A stretch of DNA of 64,000 nucleotides from a virus (lineage: Duplodnaviria; Caudoviricetes). The stretch lies in IMG/VR virus record IMGVR_UViG_3300021478_000028, positions 116 to 64,115 of that record; one strand, 5' to 3'. Shown piece by piece: positions 54,548 through 64,000 of this stretch. Both the position numbers and the translations under genes were made by a program. Below the pieces are notes generated by a model. The model searched no databases. It had not been told where the DNA came from and saw only the letters and a list, made by a program, of their open reading frames with translations. How positions within the stretch are numbered: the stretch's first letter is position 1; the number at the start of each line of letters is the position of its first letter.

Positions 54548-56884
54548 TTAGATCCCCCCAAGCTCCTTGACGCTCTCGGCGCACTGAATGTTGCTGATTG
54601 TCACACGTGATTCAATCTCGAACGCCCAGTCCTCGAACTTTCCACCCGAGTTGATGCGCAGTAGTTCTCCACTACTCCATATCTCTCTCGTTGTGAGCAA
54701 ATTGCCGTCAGCGTAGACCCGTACAATCCCATATTGTCCGGCGTCGAGCGTCGGCTGTTGCGCGGCAACATTGCGTGTCAGATTGTGCGGCGTGCCAGGA
54801 GGTACGCTGAAGAAAACCTTCATGGCCGCCATATTACGCTTTGCCAGCATCTGATAGGTTTTTGATCGCCACTTGTAGGGGACCATGGTTGGCATCGGTT
54901 CCGCGTAATCGTAAAAATAAATACTGCCAGCTTGCACGAGCATACCAATTCCCGTCCATGGATCGTGCAGCACGTTGTCAACGGACAATCCGGGATTGGG
55001 CGGCGATAATTCCACAAACCCATTCATATTTTGCGTGATTTGGGTTCCCGTCGAAATAGTAAAACCATCTGCGGTGGACGGTGAAAAACTGAAATAAAAC
55101 ACGGTCAGTTGGATCGCGCGATTATCCTTCCCGGTTACGAGCTGCTGCCAATCCTGACGCGGAACCCACTGCTCGGTGATGTTCTGCCCCTGGCCACTCT
55201 GTAGAACCTCGATAATCCCATTCGGAGACTGGTACATTGCGGCCATGTCGTTGCCGATAATGGAACCGCGCGAGACGCAAGGCTCCGGTATCAGAACCTT
55301 GCTCATCGACATCGACCCTGGCGCTACGCCATTGACCACGTAGGGAGTACCCTCCGTGCAAACGACAATGGATTGACCGCACACGCCAAGACCGACGATC
55401 GGAAACTCCGTGGTGAGGACATAGCCAGGCGGCCATGCGTGGGGGCGGTAAACCTCGGAGAACCACAACTCGTTATCGCGCCAGCCGGCGGTTACGCCAT
55501 TCGGGACCGATACTATTCCTTGCAAGTCGTCCGGTGGTGGAAACCAGAAATAACTTGCGAGCTGCGGCTGCACCGCAATGACATCGTCGAGAACCACATC
55601 GGTGTAGTCCGTCTGTGTAGCTGGGATCTCTGCTACCAGATAGTACGTGGTCTGCCCGGTCGTGGAACTGACTGTCCGGTATATCCGCGTGGTCTCGATG
55701 GTCCTGTTGGTACCCTGATCCAGCGGATCGGGCGGCGTAACGCTGACGCTCCAGATGCCTCCCGAGGTTCCGTTGACCAACGTCGGCGGACTCGGCGGTC
55801 CTTCCTCGCCGTAAGTGGTAACCCAAGTGTAGACATAAGCTCGTGCGGAAATGACATCTGCAAAGTTGCCAGCACTGAGATCCATATCGACGCATGCAGA
55901 CGTGTAACCCCCGGCGGCGAAGAAATTAAAAATAGGAGGTGCGCCATTGCTGTAGCTCGCAGAATTAAACCACGTCAAATTAACACCAGGAAAATTAACG
56001 CTGTCCGGCGGGGGAAGCTCCATGACTATATCCACGTTGGTCATTAGACCAGCCCAGTATTTCGTGCCTGGCTTCATGGTCGGTGGATTGTCAAAATTGA
56101 TAGTGAAGTCAGCACCAGCCATGTCCAACAGACCATCATCTGTGACAGTAAAGGCTGCACCGTCAGGAAACCTGGCAGGGGCCATGCTAGGACCCTGTGT
56201 AAGCAGGGTTCCTGGCACTCCATTATCGTCGCTGTAAAAGACAGCTCTCATTTGCAGGCTTTGGTCGGGATTGGAACCGGGAAATGGCGTTCCGTCAGAC
56301 TGGGCCGGAAATCCGGTGACGATATTGACAGCAAAAACAGTTCCAGCATTATACTCGTACTGAGTCAGAACAATCGTATTGGCTGGAAATCCTACCGGCG
56401 TAAATTCTGGTCCTGCTCCTTGAATAGGGCCGATCAGGCCCGGCGGGCTGCCAGAGCCAGTAACTTGGACATCTGGCGCCACGGTTGGTGCTGGAACACC
56501 TAGCAGCCAAGGCGGACTTCCTGCGACGATGCCGTCGTAGGTATTGTATTTCGGCAGATCGCTCGCGCTGGCGATGTAATACCGCTTGAATTGATCATCC
56601 ACTACGGGAGTGGGAATGACGTTGGTATCGATGTCTGGAAACTCCAGCCAAATGGAGTCCGGTGCATCGATGGTGGTGTCGTTGGTATCGCGATTAGGAA
56701 TGCGATAGGCGTATTTTGCTGTGGGATCGGTAAGCGCCCGCAGCAGTTTTGGTTGCCGCCATCCCGTGAGCGCGCCCGACAAGAGGTAACAGTCGCGGGC
56801 TATGGTGGCCTGGCCGTCTGGAAGAAGGTGATCCTCATAGGCGGGCAAGCTCCCGCCAAAATTAAAAATCTTTATGGCCGCCAT
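54548..56884 (-). CDS. Tail nozzle/stabilisation protein
   Basis: RAYVYTWVT.YGEEGPPSPP, LWFSE.Y.PHAWP, PCVSRGS, WRSK. Confidence 0.85.
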   Translation of the reverse strand: MAAIKIFNFGGSLPAYEDHLLPDGQATIARDCYLLSGALTGWRQPKLLRALTDPTAKYAYRIPNRDTNDTTIDAPDSIWLEFPDIDTNVIPTPVVDDQFKRYYIASASDLPKYNTYDGIVAGSPPWLLGVPAPTVAPDVQVTGSGSPPGLIGPIQGAGPEFTPVGFPANTIVLTQYEYNAGTVFAVNIVTGFPAQSDGTPFPGSNPDQSLQMRAVFYSDDNGVPGTLLTQGPSMAPARFPDGAAFTVTDDGLLDMAGADFTINFDNPPTMKPGTKYWAGLMTNVDIVMELPPPDSVNFPGVNLTWFNSASYSNGAPPIFNFFAAGGYTSACVDMDLSAGNFADVISARAYVYTWVTTYGEEGPPSPPTLVNGTSGGIWSVSVTPPDPLDQGTNRTIETTRIYRTVSSTTGQTTYYLVAEIPATQTDYTDVVLDDVIAVQPQLASYFWFPPPDDLQGIVSVPNGVTAGWRDNELWFSEVYRPHAWPPGYVLTTEFPIVGLGVCGQSIVVCTEGTPYVVNGVAPGSMSMSKVLIPEPCVSRGSIIGNDMAAMYQSPNGIIEVLQSGQGQNITEQWVPRQDWQQLVTGKDNRAIQLTVFYFSFSPSTADGFTISTGTQITQNMNGFVELSPPNPGLSVDNVLHDPWTGIGMLVQAGSIYFYDYAEPMPTMVPYKWRSKTYQMLAKRNMAAMKVFFSVPPGTPHNLTRNVAAQQPTLDAGQYGIVRVYADGNLLTTREIWSSGELLRINSGGKFEDWAFEIESRVTISNIQCAESVKELGGI

Positions 56885-56885
56885 C

Positions 56886-57611
56886 TCAGACCTCGATGGC
56901 CACGAACTGCACATCTTTGATAGAGCAACCGCCCGCCGTCACCGCTTGCAGCGTCAAGTCAAAATAATAGGTCACTCCCACCGTCAAGCTGGTTCTAACG
57001 CCGGTTATCGTAAATCCCTGCTGGCCAGCCGTTGTGGACGCAATAAAGTGCTGCGGCGTGGCAACAGCGGTTCCAAACCCTGTAGTAGCGCCTGCAGCTG
57101 GTCCTGACCCAATACCGCTGTAAGCCTTGATGGTAGTGCCGTCGCCAACCGCTGTAGAATTGAGGACCATCCCAGCAAAGATAAAAAAGACGGTTCCAGT
57201 CACGACTGGCTGGATCTGAAGATTAAAGCCCATTGCAGTTTCGGTAGTGCTGACGTTGGTAATGGTCGGGTTGGCAGCATTGAAGGAAACTTGGGCTGCC
57301 GTCGCCATGCCAAGTCCCTGCGATCCTTGCGGCCCTGTGCTCCCTGCCTTTCCCGTCGCTCCTGTCGAGCCCACTCCGGGAGGTCCGGTGTTTCCCCGCG
57401 GGCCGGCGGGGCCGGTCGCGCCAGCTCCCGTGGGACCAGTGGCTCCCGTTGGCCCGGTGACCGCGCTTCCCGCTGGCCCGGTCGCTCCAATATGTCCGGT
57501 CGGGCCTGCTGGCCCCCCACCCGGGCCGGTCGGCCCGGTGGCTCCAGGTAGAGTGCTGGAAATCGCCGTTATCCCGCCCGTCGGCCCCTGAATAACATTG
57601 ATGACCGCCAT
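56886..57611 (-). CDS. Collagen-like fibre protein (GPT repeats, globular C-terminus)
   Basis: [12 protein letters not shown]..., G-P/A-T repeats. Confidence 0.85.
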   Translation of the reverse strand: MAVINVIQGPTGGITAISSTLPGATGPTGPGGGPAGPTGHIGATGPAGSAVTGPTGATGPTGAGATGPAGPRGNTGPPGVGSTGATGKAGSTGPQGSQGLGMATAAQVSFNAANPTITNVSTTETAMGFNLQIQPVVTGTVFFIFAGMVLNSTAVGDGTTIKAYSGIGSGPAAGATTGFGTAVATPQHFIASTTAGQQGFTITGVRTSLTVGVTYYFDLTLQAVTAGGCSIKDVQFVAIEV

Positions 57612-57612
57612 C

Positions 57613-57993
57613 TTAGGTAATCCCGCTCTGGACGCAGACGGTGCCACGAAACATCGGCACCAGGACCGGCGGACTGCCGGGGCTGCTCATGATCAGGTCA
57701 TACACGTAATCGCCGGGCACCAGTGCGTTTGAAAGATCGGTTGGATTGACGTTGAAAAAAATCACTCTCGCGACTGCATCCGTGATGACAATACGACCGT
57801 TGGCAGTCGTCATCGAAAGGAGGGGTGTCGTGTCATTCTCACTCCCTTTGACCGACATTCCAAATGTCTTCCCGGTCAGATTCCAACTGGTGTCTGCCGG
57901 GTCGCCGAATTGGAATCCATCAGCCCAAGTGCAGTTGAGGGCGATGGCAAAATCAACGCGATCACCAACCTCCGGGCAGTCGCAATTGGACAC
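57613..57993 (-). CDS. Fibre adaptor-like beta protein
   Basis: GTG start MSNCDC; G.YVYDL..FRG.V.V..GIT. Confidence 0.7.
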   Translation of the reverse strand: MSNCDCPEVGDRVDFAIALNCTWADGFQFGDPADTSWNLTGKTFGMSVKGSENDTTPLLSMTTANGRIVITDAVARVIFFNVNPTDLSNALVPGDYVYDLIMSSPGSPPVLVPMFRGTVCVQSGIT

Positions 57994-57994
57994 G

Positions 57995-58300
57995 TCACTT
58001 CCCCTTCGCCTTGGTTTCGTGGACGTAGTTGCGAGGTCGGAACACCGGGACCATCGTGCCCTCGCTCGGGTCAGGGGGCGGCTGCGGTCGTCCCGCCGCT
58101 TGCTCCTCGAAAAACCTGGTGCGTCTGCGGCCGGCCTCCTGCTCCGCTTCGATCTGCTCCAGTTGCCGCTGTGTAGGCTTCCCGGGTTGCGGCGGCACCC
58201 CCGCGGGCTTCGGGGCGCGGGCTTCGTAGAGCTGCTCCAAAAAGACTTGCTGCTCCTTCTCGTGCTCGATGAGGCGATTTTCGGCAACTTGTGACGGCAT
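57995..58300 (-). CDS. Small hydrophilic protein
   Basis: First gene after the CtrA-type promoter at 58308-58339. Confidence 0.65.
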   Translation of the reverse strand: MPSQVAENRLIEHEKEQQVFLEQLYEARAPKPAGVPPQPGKPTQRQLEQIEAEQEAGRRRTRFFEEQAAGRPQPPPDPSEGTMVPVFRPRNYVHETKAKGK

Positions 58301-58307
58301 GGTTTTC

Positions 58308-58339
58308 TCCATAAACGAGCGCAGTTAATGCTGCATTAA
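58308..58339 (-). promoter_or_regulatory. CtrA-type late promoter (tail operon)
   Basis: TTAA-N7-TTAA at 58325-58339, 11 nt, TATGGA. Confidence 0.75.
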
Positions 58340-58344
58340 ATAGC

Positions 58345-60138
58345 TCAGGACAGGACCGGTTGAGGGTCTATATACCACGTAGTGGAGGGTTTGGCGCACA
58401 AGACACGGAGGTGGATCGGGCCGGTTTGAGCAGGTTGCGGAGAAGAAAGCGTCACGCTCATCTTGAACGGTGTTGTCGATCCGCCCCAGGTCGAGCTGTC
58501 CGACGAAAGCGCTGATCCAGCCGCCAGATTATTCGCTTTGGTTGAATTGATAAAGGACCCTTGAGGAAAACTAGCAGATCCCAGATATTCTGCTTCAATC
58601 CAGATGTCGTCGTTGTTTGGAACAGCGCCGCCACCCCATATTCCAAAAACTGTCACGGTAACATTCGTAGCGGTGGATTTATTCTCCACCAGCATGAACG
58701 GGCTCTTATATGGCCATAGCCATTTAGAATTGGCAGTCGTGACAATCTTCCAGCTTAAGGGCGTACCCTCTATAGCGGCGCCACCTGTCCTGACAATTGT
58801 AGTCTCGACAGTCTGGGTCGCCTCATAGGCGTACCTCTCGTGCCGATAATTGGTGCCGCTGCTGTCGGATCGAATGACAGTCGTTATATATCCTCCTATC
58901 ACGCTTGGATTGCCTGACACCGTAACTGACGCATTAAGCCTACAGTCAATAAAATTGAAGGTTCCTGGCATGCCCACCCCACTGCGCACCAAGGTTTTAC
59001 CACTGCCTGCGGCGCTGAGATCAACGCCCCTTATCGTGTGTATCCCAAGAACTGTTGATGTACTGAACAAGTTTGTAGGCACCGCAGAACCAACAAGAGC
59101 AGATGGCGTATTCTCCCACACAAATTCATTGATGTTCGAGATAATAACTTGACTGACATTGTTAAAGCCGACAGTCGTGTTGACAAACCAGAGTCGAGTG
59201 GCATTAAAACCATTGCCAAAATTCATTGTCGAGGCGGCAGAGGTTCCACCCAACACCACGCTACAATTCTCCATTTTCTGGGCAAATGCAGTATTAGCAG
59301 CACCAAAAGTAATGTTACCTTGGCTTGAACCAGAGCCGGCCGTAAAAGTGAGCCCATAATAATAGGCATATCCGCCGTTGAACCCGAGGTTGGACGCGCC
59401 GGTAACCGACCATGTCCCCGTTGTTTTCAGATTTGAGGAAGTTGGAGGGGCTACCGTGTGGTCAACACAAATGACCGAAATGGGAGCGGTGGTAGTTCCT
59501 TGATTGCTTAGATTGACGCTCGCGGCATTGGTCTCAGCCGAGTTATCACCGAAAAATACGGAATTTCCGGCCTGCGCCCATGTTGAAGCCGTCGCATTAT
59601 TCAGTCTCGCGTGCGGAGCTGCCCATGCAGAGAAGCTCGCTCCTAGGGTCGTCCAAGTGACAGTGTTGTCGGCAGTAGTTGCCCCAGCATTCGTGAAAGC
59701 GGCCCAAGAAGGTTCTGCCCCGTTGCCTGCCGTGCCCGCAGTCGTGCAGATGAGAATGAGCGTCCCAGCTACATTTTGGATGACCTGCCCGAGCGTAACA
59801 GCAGTATTCTTAACAGTGGCCCATGTTGGCGTGTTTGTTAGATCACCATTAAGAGCAGCTACGCCCGTAGCCTCCTGCCACGTTACGGTGTTGTCAGTAA
59901 ATTTCTGCCCTCTGCTTGTGGTGCTCCATGTTGGTTCCGTTCCGCCCGTGGTGCCAGTGCCACCCGTGGATGCTATACAAACAAAACAGCGCTCCGTAAG
60001 TGCGGGTGATACCGTCGCTTGGCGGATTATATTTCCACAGACTTTCGATGCACCGGTAGCCCAGGCGGTTACACCAAACCATCCAGTGGATGACCCGTTC
60101 CCAAAGTTCGTGTAGAAAGCATTGTCCACTAATGCAAT
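58345..60138 (-). CDS. Thr/Ser-rich beta-structured virion protein; probable AUU start
   Basis: Repeated GT.G..EP.W...T.DNTVTW modules; YIDPQP end; AGGAGG-6nt-ATT. Confidence 0.8.
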   Translation of the reverse strand: MALVDNAFYTNFGNGSSTGWFGVTAWATGASKVCGNIIRQATVSPALTERCFVCIASTGGTGTTGGTEPTWSTTSRGQKFTDNTVTWQEATGVAALNGDLTNTPTWATVKNTAVTLGQVIQNVAGTLILICTTAGTAGNGAEPSWAAFTNAGATTADNTVTWTTLGASFSAWAAPHARLNNATASTWAQAGNSVFFGDNSAETNAASVNLSNQGTTTAPISVICVDHTVAPPTSSNLKTTGTWSVTGASNLGFNGGYAYYYGLTFTAGSGSSQGNITFGAANTAFAQKMENCSVVLGGTSAASTMNFGNGFNATRLWFVNTTVGFNNVSQVIISNINEFVWENTPSALVGSAVPTNLFSTSTVLGIHTIRGVDLSAAGSGKTLVRSGVGMPGTFNFIDCRLNASVTVSGNPSVIGGYITTVIRSDSSGTNYRHERYAYEATQTVETTIVRTGGAAIEGTPLSWKIVTTANSKWLWPYKSPFMLVENKSTATNVTVTVFGIWGGGAVPNNDDIWIEAEYLGSASFPQGSFINSTKANNLAAGSALSSDSSTWGGSTTPFKMSVTLSSPQPAQTGPIHLRVLCAKPSTTWYIDPQPVLS

Positions 60139-60148
60139 GACACGCCTC

Positions 60149-61096
60149 CTACATGAAGAAGAAGGCTACTGACCCGGCAGGACCCGTTGGCCCGATTCCT
60201 CCCGTCGCGCCTGTGAGGGATGCAGTCCCTGCAGGACCCGTGGTGCCAGTGCTTCCAGTAGGGCCTGTGGCGCCTATTCCTCCTATGCTGCCAGTTGGCC
60301 CCGTGTTTCCAGGCCCCGTGCTTCCCGTAGGTCCGCCCGGGCCGATGCTGCCAACTAGTCCCGTAGGTCCAATAACACCTGTTGGTCCGGTGGGGCCGAT
60401 AGGCCCGCCGGCTCCCGTGGGTCCTGCCCCCGTGGGACCTGACGGCCCGATCTGACCCTGCAGCCCCGTGCTTCCCGTCGGGCCGGTCGGACCGCCGGGA
60501 TTGCCTGTGGCACCAACCGGACCGGTAGTGCCCAACGGCCCAGTGGGGCCGGTGGGGCCACCCGCTGGACCAGTGTTTCCGATAGATCCCGTGGCGCCCG
60601 TGGGACCAGTAACAAAAGCCCCCGTCGCCCCCGTCGTTCCCGGGGTCCCCGGCGTTCCCGCAGGTCCCGTTGCTCCAATGCCCGTCGGGCCAGTTGGACC
60701 GCCAGCAGGACCGGTCGGACCGGGACCGCCCAAGCCTGTCGGGCCGGTGGGTCCACCTGGACCCACCAACGAAAGCATCAGATCGCTGTTACCGGAGGTG
60801 ATCGTCGGGCCGCCATTGGTCTCTATGAACACTTCCAGCCGGTCGAGACGACGCTGCCCCAGCGTCGTCGTGGCTTGGATAATGACGTTGAACTGATCTC
60901 CTAACGTGCCGCCGCCAACGATGAAGCTCGCGGATTGCTTGTCTGCACCGATCTTGATCGTATCAACGGCAGCAGTGCCCTGATCAACCGTGCATACAAC
61001 ATTGGTGATGGCCTCTCCGGTAAGCAGCCAGCGAGCATAATCGACGCGGATGAGATCGCGTGCGCCAACCAGTTGAACGAAGCGACCAAGCAGCAT
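60149..61096 (-). CDS. Collagen-like fibre with adaptor N-terminal domain
   Basis: VDY..WL domain followed by GPT repeats. Confidence 0.88.
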   Translation of the reverse strand: MLLGRFVQLVGARDLIRVDYARWLLTGEAITNVVCTVDQGTAAVDTIKIGADKQSASFIVGGGTLGDQFNVIIQATTTLGQRRLDRLEVFIETNGGPTITSGNSDLMLSLVGPGGPTGPTGLGGPGPTGPAGGPTGPTGIGATGPAGTPGTPGTTGATGAFVTGPTGATGSIGNTGPAGGPTGPTGPLGTTGPVGATGNPGGPTGPTGSTGLQGQIGPSGPTGAGPTGAGGPIGPTGPTGVIGPTGLVGSIGPGGPTGSTGPGNTGPTGSIGGIGATGPTGSTGTTGPAGTASLTGATGGIGPTGPAGSVAFFFM

Positions 61097-61261
61097 CCAG
61101 TCACCTCACTGCGTCGTCTGCTGCAGGGGTACTGGCAACAACCAGTATTGGATCATCACATTCCACCAAGAACGTACAATTCTCCTCCAGCAGACCGTAC
61201 TCGCACTCGGATTGCACCTGAAAGATTGGCACCTCTGGCACGCTGAAAAACCGCTCTCGCA

Positions 61262-61894
61262 TCAGGTAAACCTTTCCTGATTTCCGACGCTGATGCCACC
61301 GCGCTGGCTGCGCATTTTAATGTCTTGCGGGAAAGCCCATGCCTGCACGCCGAAAGCATTGCGGCGCAGCGCGGCCACGCGCGCGGCTGCGATCGCGTTG
61401 CGAAAGCGGGATAGGTGATAATTGGCAATGCCCAAATTCGCGTAGGGCTTGCCCATCTGCTCCATCATATGACCGACCAAACCGCCCAGGATGCCAACCC
61501 CCCAGACCGCCAGGAAACCATCCGGCAGAACCGGCACAAATTCCTTGCCCGTGGGCAGCACCACATTCTTAACCACCGTCGCAGTGAAGGTAGCCGCACT
61601 GGCGTAGGGCGAACGAAAGAGAATGGTGCCGATCGTCGGCATGATCGCCGGCTGCAGGATCATGTTCTGATCCACCACGCCCGCCAGCCGGATGATCTGC
61701 CCGTCCGAGGGAACCAAGTCATAGGCGACAGTGTCCGGGATGACGTTGACGGCAATGTCCTCCATCCACCACGACGAGTCGTTAAAGAACTCCTGCAGCA
61801 CATCGAATAGCTTATGCTGGATTGCCGCGTCCGAGGCGGCGGGCAGCTCCACCCGCGCTTGATCGAAAAGGTGCTCAACGTCAGGGGACATCAC
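61262..61894 (-). CDS. Head-tail adaptor protein
   Basis: ELP......I......EFF..S..W; M....KPY. Confidence 0.7.
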   Translation of the reverse strand: MMSPDVEHLFDQARVELPAASDAAIQHKLFDVLQEFFNDSSWWMEDIAVNVIPDTVAYDLVPSDGQIIRLAGVVDQNMILQPAIMPTIGTILFRSPYASAATFTATVVKNVVLPTGKEFVPVLPDGFLAVWGVGILGGLVGHMMEQMGKPYANLGIANYHLSRFRNAIAAARVAALRRNAFGVQAWAFPQDIKMRSQRGGISVGNQERFT

Positions 61895-62292
61895 CTACCT
61901 CCGCCAGTAACCTGCGGCGGTGTCGTGGGCGATCCCACCAGCGCCGACTGGAACATCTGCAGGAACGTAGTTGCTCGCGCATCCTGGTAATCGTCCTGAT
62001 CCCGCGCGAGCGCATGCCCAACGAGCCCGTACACCACGGGCAACCGGAACGAGGTCTCCATATGCACCCTTTCCGTATCCACACCTGCATAGTTTGGCAT
62101 GTCCATGTGGTGCCCCTGCCTGTCGTGTCGGTAAACGAATAGATCCGCGCGCAGCCGGCGAGCCTCCAGCAAGGTGACGTTGAGCGCGGTCACCAGTGAG
62201 GGATCGTCGTACCGATAGGGCGGGATCAGATCCTGCAGCAGAGTTCGCGCATCAGCGACGTAATCGGCGACGGTATCGAGCGGGCTGACCAT
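61891..62292 (-). CDS. Head-tail adaptor/closure protein
   Basis: ARTLLQD...YRY.D..L...LN......R.R.DLF. Confidence 0.75.
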   Translation of the reverse strand: MVSPLDTVADYVADARTLLQDLIPPYRYDDPSLVTALNVTLLEARRLRADLFVYRHDRQGHHMDMPNYAGVDTERVHMETSFRLPVVYGLVGHALARDQDDYQDARATTFLQMFQSALVGSPTTPPQVTGGGR

Positions 62293-62301
62293 AGTGCCCT
62301 C

Positions 62302-62871
62302 CTAGACAAATGGGTGAATGTTAAAAACACTTGCAGCAGCAGCAACGATGGGACCACCGCTCCAATCGTCCAGTTTTTCACCGCCCTGGAATGCTCCAAG
62401 CCCGGGCTGACCACTGCTGTAAGTTGCGTCCGTCTGGGTAGTGCGGGTAGTTCCGTTGCGCTTCATGGTGAATGTCGTACCCGCAACTTCGAGCCTGACC
62501 ACGTCACCGGCGACAGCAGAGCCTCCCGAGGTGCCGTGTATTTGGGTAAAACTTCCACTGTCAAAACGATATAGATTGTCGTTCGGACCATTTTCATAGT
62601 ACAAATAGAAATTGGAGTGACCAGTAACATCATGGCGGACGAGAACTCCACCGAAGTTTCCCGAATTGGCGGTGACGTATGTAACTTGCGCGTGCTGATC
62701 AGCGCTGAAGGTGTTTACGGCCGGGTTCCAATAAGCCACGACATTCGCACCCTGCGCCGTTACAGCGTTGCTGGCGATTGCCAGCGGCGTTCCGCTAACA
62801 TCCAGCGTGTTCAGCCAATTGCTCCCAAGACTGCCGTCGGCTCGGTTGAAATTGTCGGTGACATCTGTCAT
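62302..62871 (-). CDS. Lectin/concanavalin-like beta-sandwich virion protein
   Basis: DNFNRADG.LG.NW; GD.VRLEV.G; D.TYSSGQPG. Confidence 0.7.
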   Translation of the reverse strand: MTDVTDNFNRADGSLGSNWLNTLDVSGTPLAIASNAVTAQGANVVAYWNPAVNTFSADQHAQVTYVTANSGNFGGVLVRHDVTGHSNFYLYYENGPNDNLYRFDSGSFTQIHGTSGGSAVAGDVVRLEVAGTTFTMKRNGTTRTTQTDATYSSGQPGLGAFQGGEKLDDWSGGPIVAAAASVFNIHPFV

Positions 62872-62874
62872 CTA

Positions 62875-63420
62875 TCAGAACTTCACCGGACCGAAATGCA
62901 GGTCCGCATGACCTCCTACTGCAACTAGCGTCTTCAGGTGCTCCCTATGCAATCTGCCCTCATACACCACGTCATCCAGCGGCTTCTTTAAATATTCAAG
63001 ATCAGGATGCCGCTTTCCAAAGAGCCGTTGTGTGATCGAATGCCGCGCTGCGATGAACCGCCATAATTCACGATGTGTGGTTTCGGGTTTTACCCAATCG
63101 CATGGAATGCCGTTTTCCTCCAACGCGATAGTCTCAGGATGTGCTCCGCCTATCGCCGAGTTTAAATAAGTCTGCACCGCATTGTCGTCTGCGAGCTCTC
63201 GCGACAGCGGTGTAATATCGGAATCAGTTGACATTTTCGCGTGCAGCTCTGTAGGACACAGAGCCAAGCAGAACATCATCTTGTGCGTATCGTTCGCCCA
63301 AGACCAATACTGAGTGTCCCCAATCGGAAGATAGTCGCTCACCTTGGGACGGAAGGCGGTTTCTGGCGTCTTGCCGTCGCCTATCGTCTTGGCAACATAG
63401 AGTCGGTATGTGCTGGCCAT
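62875..63420 (-). CDS. Hypothetical tail-module protein
   Basis: 181 aa in operon. Confidence 0.65.
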   Translation of the reverse strand: MASTYRLYVAKTIGDGKTPETAFRPKVSDYLPIGDTQYWSWANDTHKMMFCLALCPTELHAKMSTDSDITPLSRELADDNAVQTYLNSAIGGAHPETIALEENGIPCDWVKPETTHRELWRFIAARHSITQRLFGKRHPDLEYLKKPLDDVVYEGRLHREHLKTLVAVGGHADLHFGPVKF

Positions 63421-63421
63421 T

Positions 63422-64000
63422 CTACTGAAGCGCCTTGACGTTATAAGAGTAGATTCCGGTGACTCCCCACATCATCAGCGAGAATTTATGACCGCTGGTC
63501 GTGTCAAGCGCGTCACCCGTAGCGGCACCAACGGTCCATCCCGAGAACGTCACCGCGCCCGCGCTCGCGAGGTTCACGATCGTGAGAATACAACTCCCGC
63601 TGTTTGACGGCGCAGTGATGGTGAACGCGGCGTTGTTATAGACGTACTGGATCGGATTGAGCGAAAAATCGATCGTGATATTGCCGGTGGCGTAGCGGAA
63701 GGGCGTGGAGAAAACCCCGCCACTGAGATTTTGCCCGGTGGCACCGAGCAGCATAACGCCTGCTGGCGTCGCTCCCGTCGGGCCTGTTACTCCGGTTGGG
63801 CCACCAGACCCCGTCCCTCCAAGTGCCCCGGTTGGGCCTGTGATTGCCGCACCCGTGGCCCCGGTTGTTCCTACCGCACCCGAAGCCCCTGTTGGCCCCG
63901 TGGCGCCAACGCCGCCAACACCACCCGCTGTGCCTTGTGCTCCTGTTGCTCCTGTTGCTCCTGTTGGTCCCCCTGGTCCCGTGGCGCCAACACCGCCAAC
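63422..64000 (-). CDS. Collagen-like fibre protein, 3' part (enters from the window edge)
   Basis: Frame is open from 64000 with VGGVGATG repeats like those at 1-120; C-terminal FTITAP..SG...GAVTFSG domain. Confidence 0.85.
   Translation of the reverse strand, partial: VGGVGATGPGGPTGATGATGAQGTAGGVGGVGATGPTGASGAVGTTGATGAAITGPTGALGGTGSGGPTGVTGPTGATPAGVMLLGATGQNLSGGVFSTPFRYATGNITIDFSLNPIQYVYNNAAFTITAPSNSGSCILTIVNLASAGAVTFSGWTVGAATGDALDTTSGHKFSLMMWGVTGIYSYNVKALQ

Overview
A near-complete, circularly permuted GC-rich tailed phage genome with a podovirus-like layout; both window edges fall inside what looks like one collagen-like fibre gene. The minus strand carries the late modules: portal, a four-enzyme glycosylation cluster, scaffold, major capsid, adaptors, collagen fibres, nozzle, spike and three large ejection proteins. 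The plus strand carries terminase, the lysis cassette, an early region with a Ycf46-like AAA ATPase, and a recombination block (YqaJ exonuclease, ERF, radical SAM, ParB-like). I recognised no integrase, CI repressor, DNA polymerase, primase, helicase or initiator, and no tRNA or CRISPR array. Main observations: (1) seven covarying structured leaders with an invariant AUGGC hairpin loop in front of early genes; (2) five late promoters with the layout TTAA-N7-TTAA-N11-TAnnn(T), i.e. CtrA boxes pointing to an alphaproteobacterial host, plus a phage HTH/CtrA-like winged-helix protein; (3) a hairpin-dense non-coding region of about 650 nt with a G6-TT-G6 tract where replication genes normally sit; (4) an 84-aa mini-gene that copies a segment of the major capsid protein; (5) a canonical chromosomal parS site and DnaA boxes; (6) a [YF]-[QA]-x-G-G motif shared by predicted internal virion proteins. 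All family assignments come from motif recognition by eye, not database searches.
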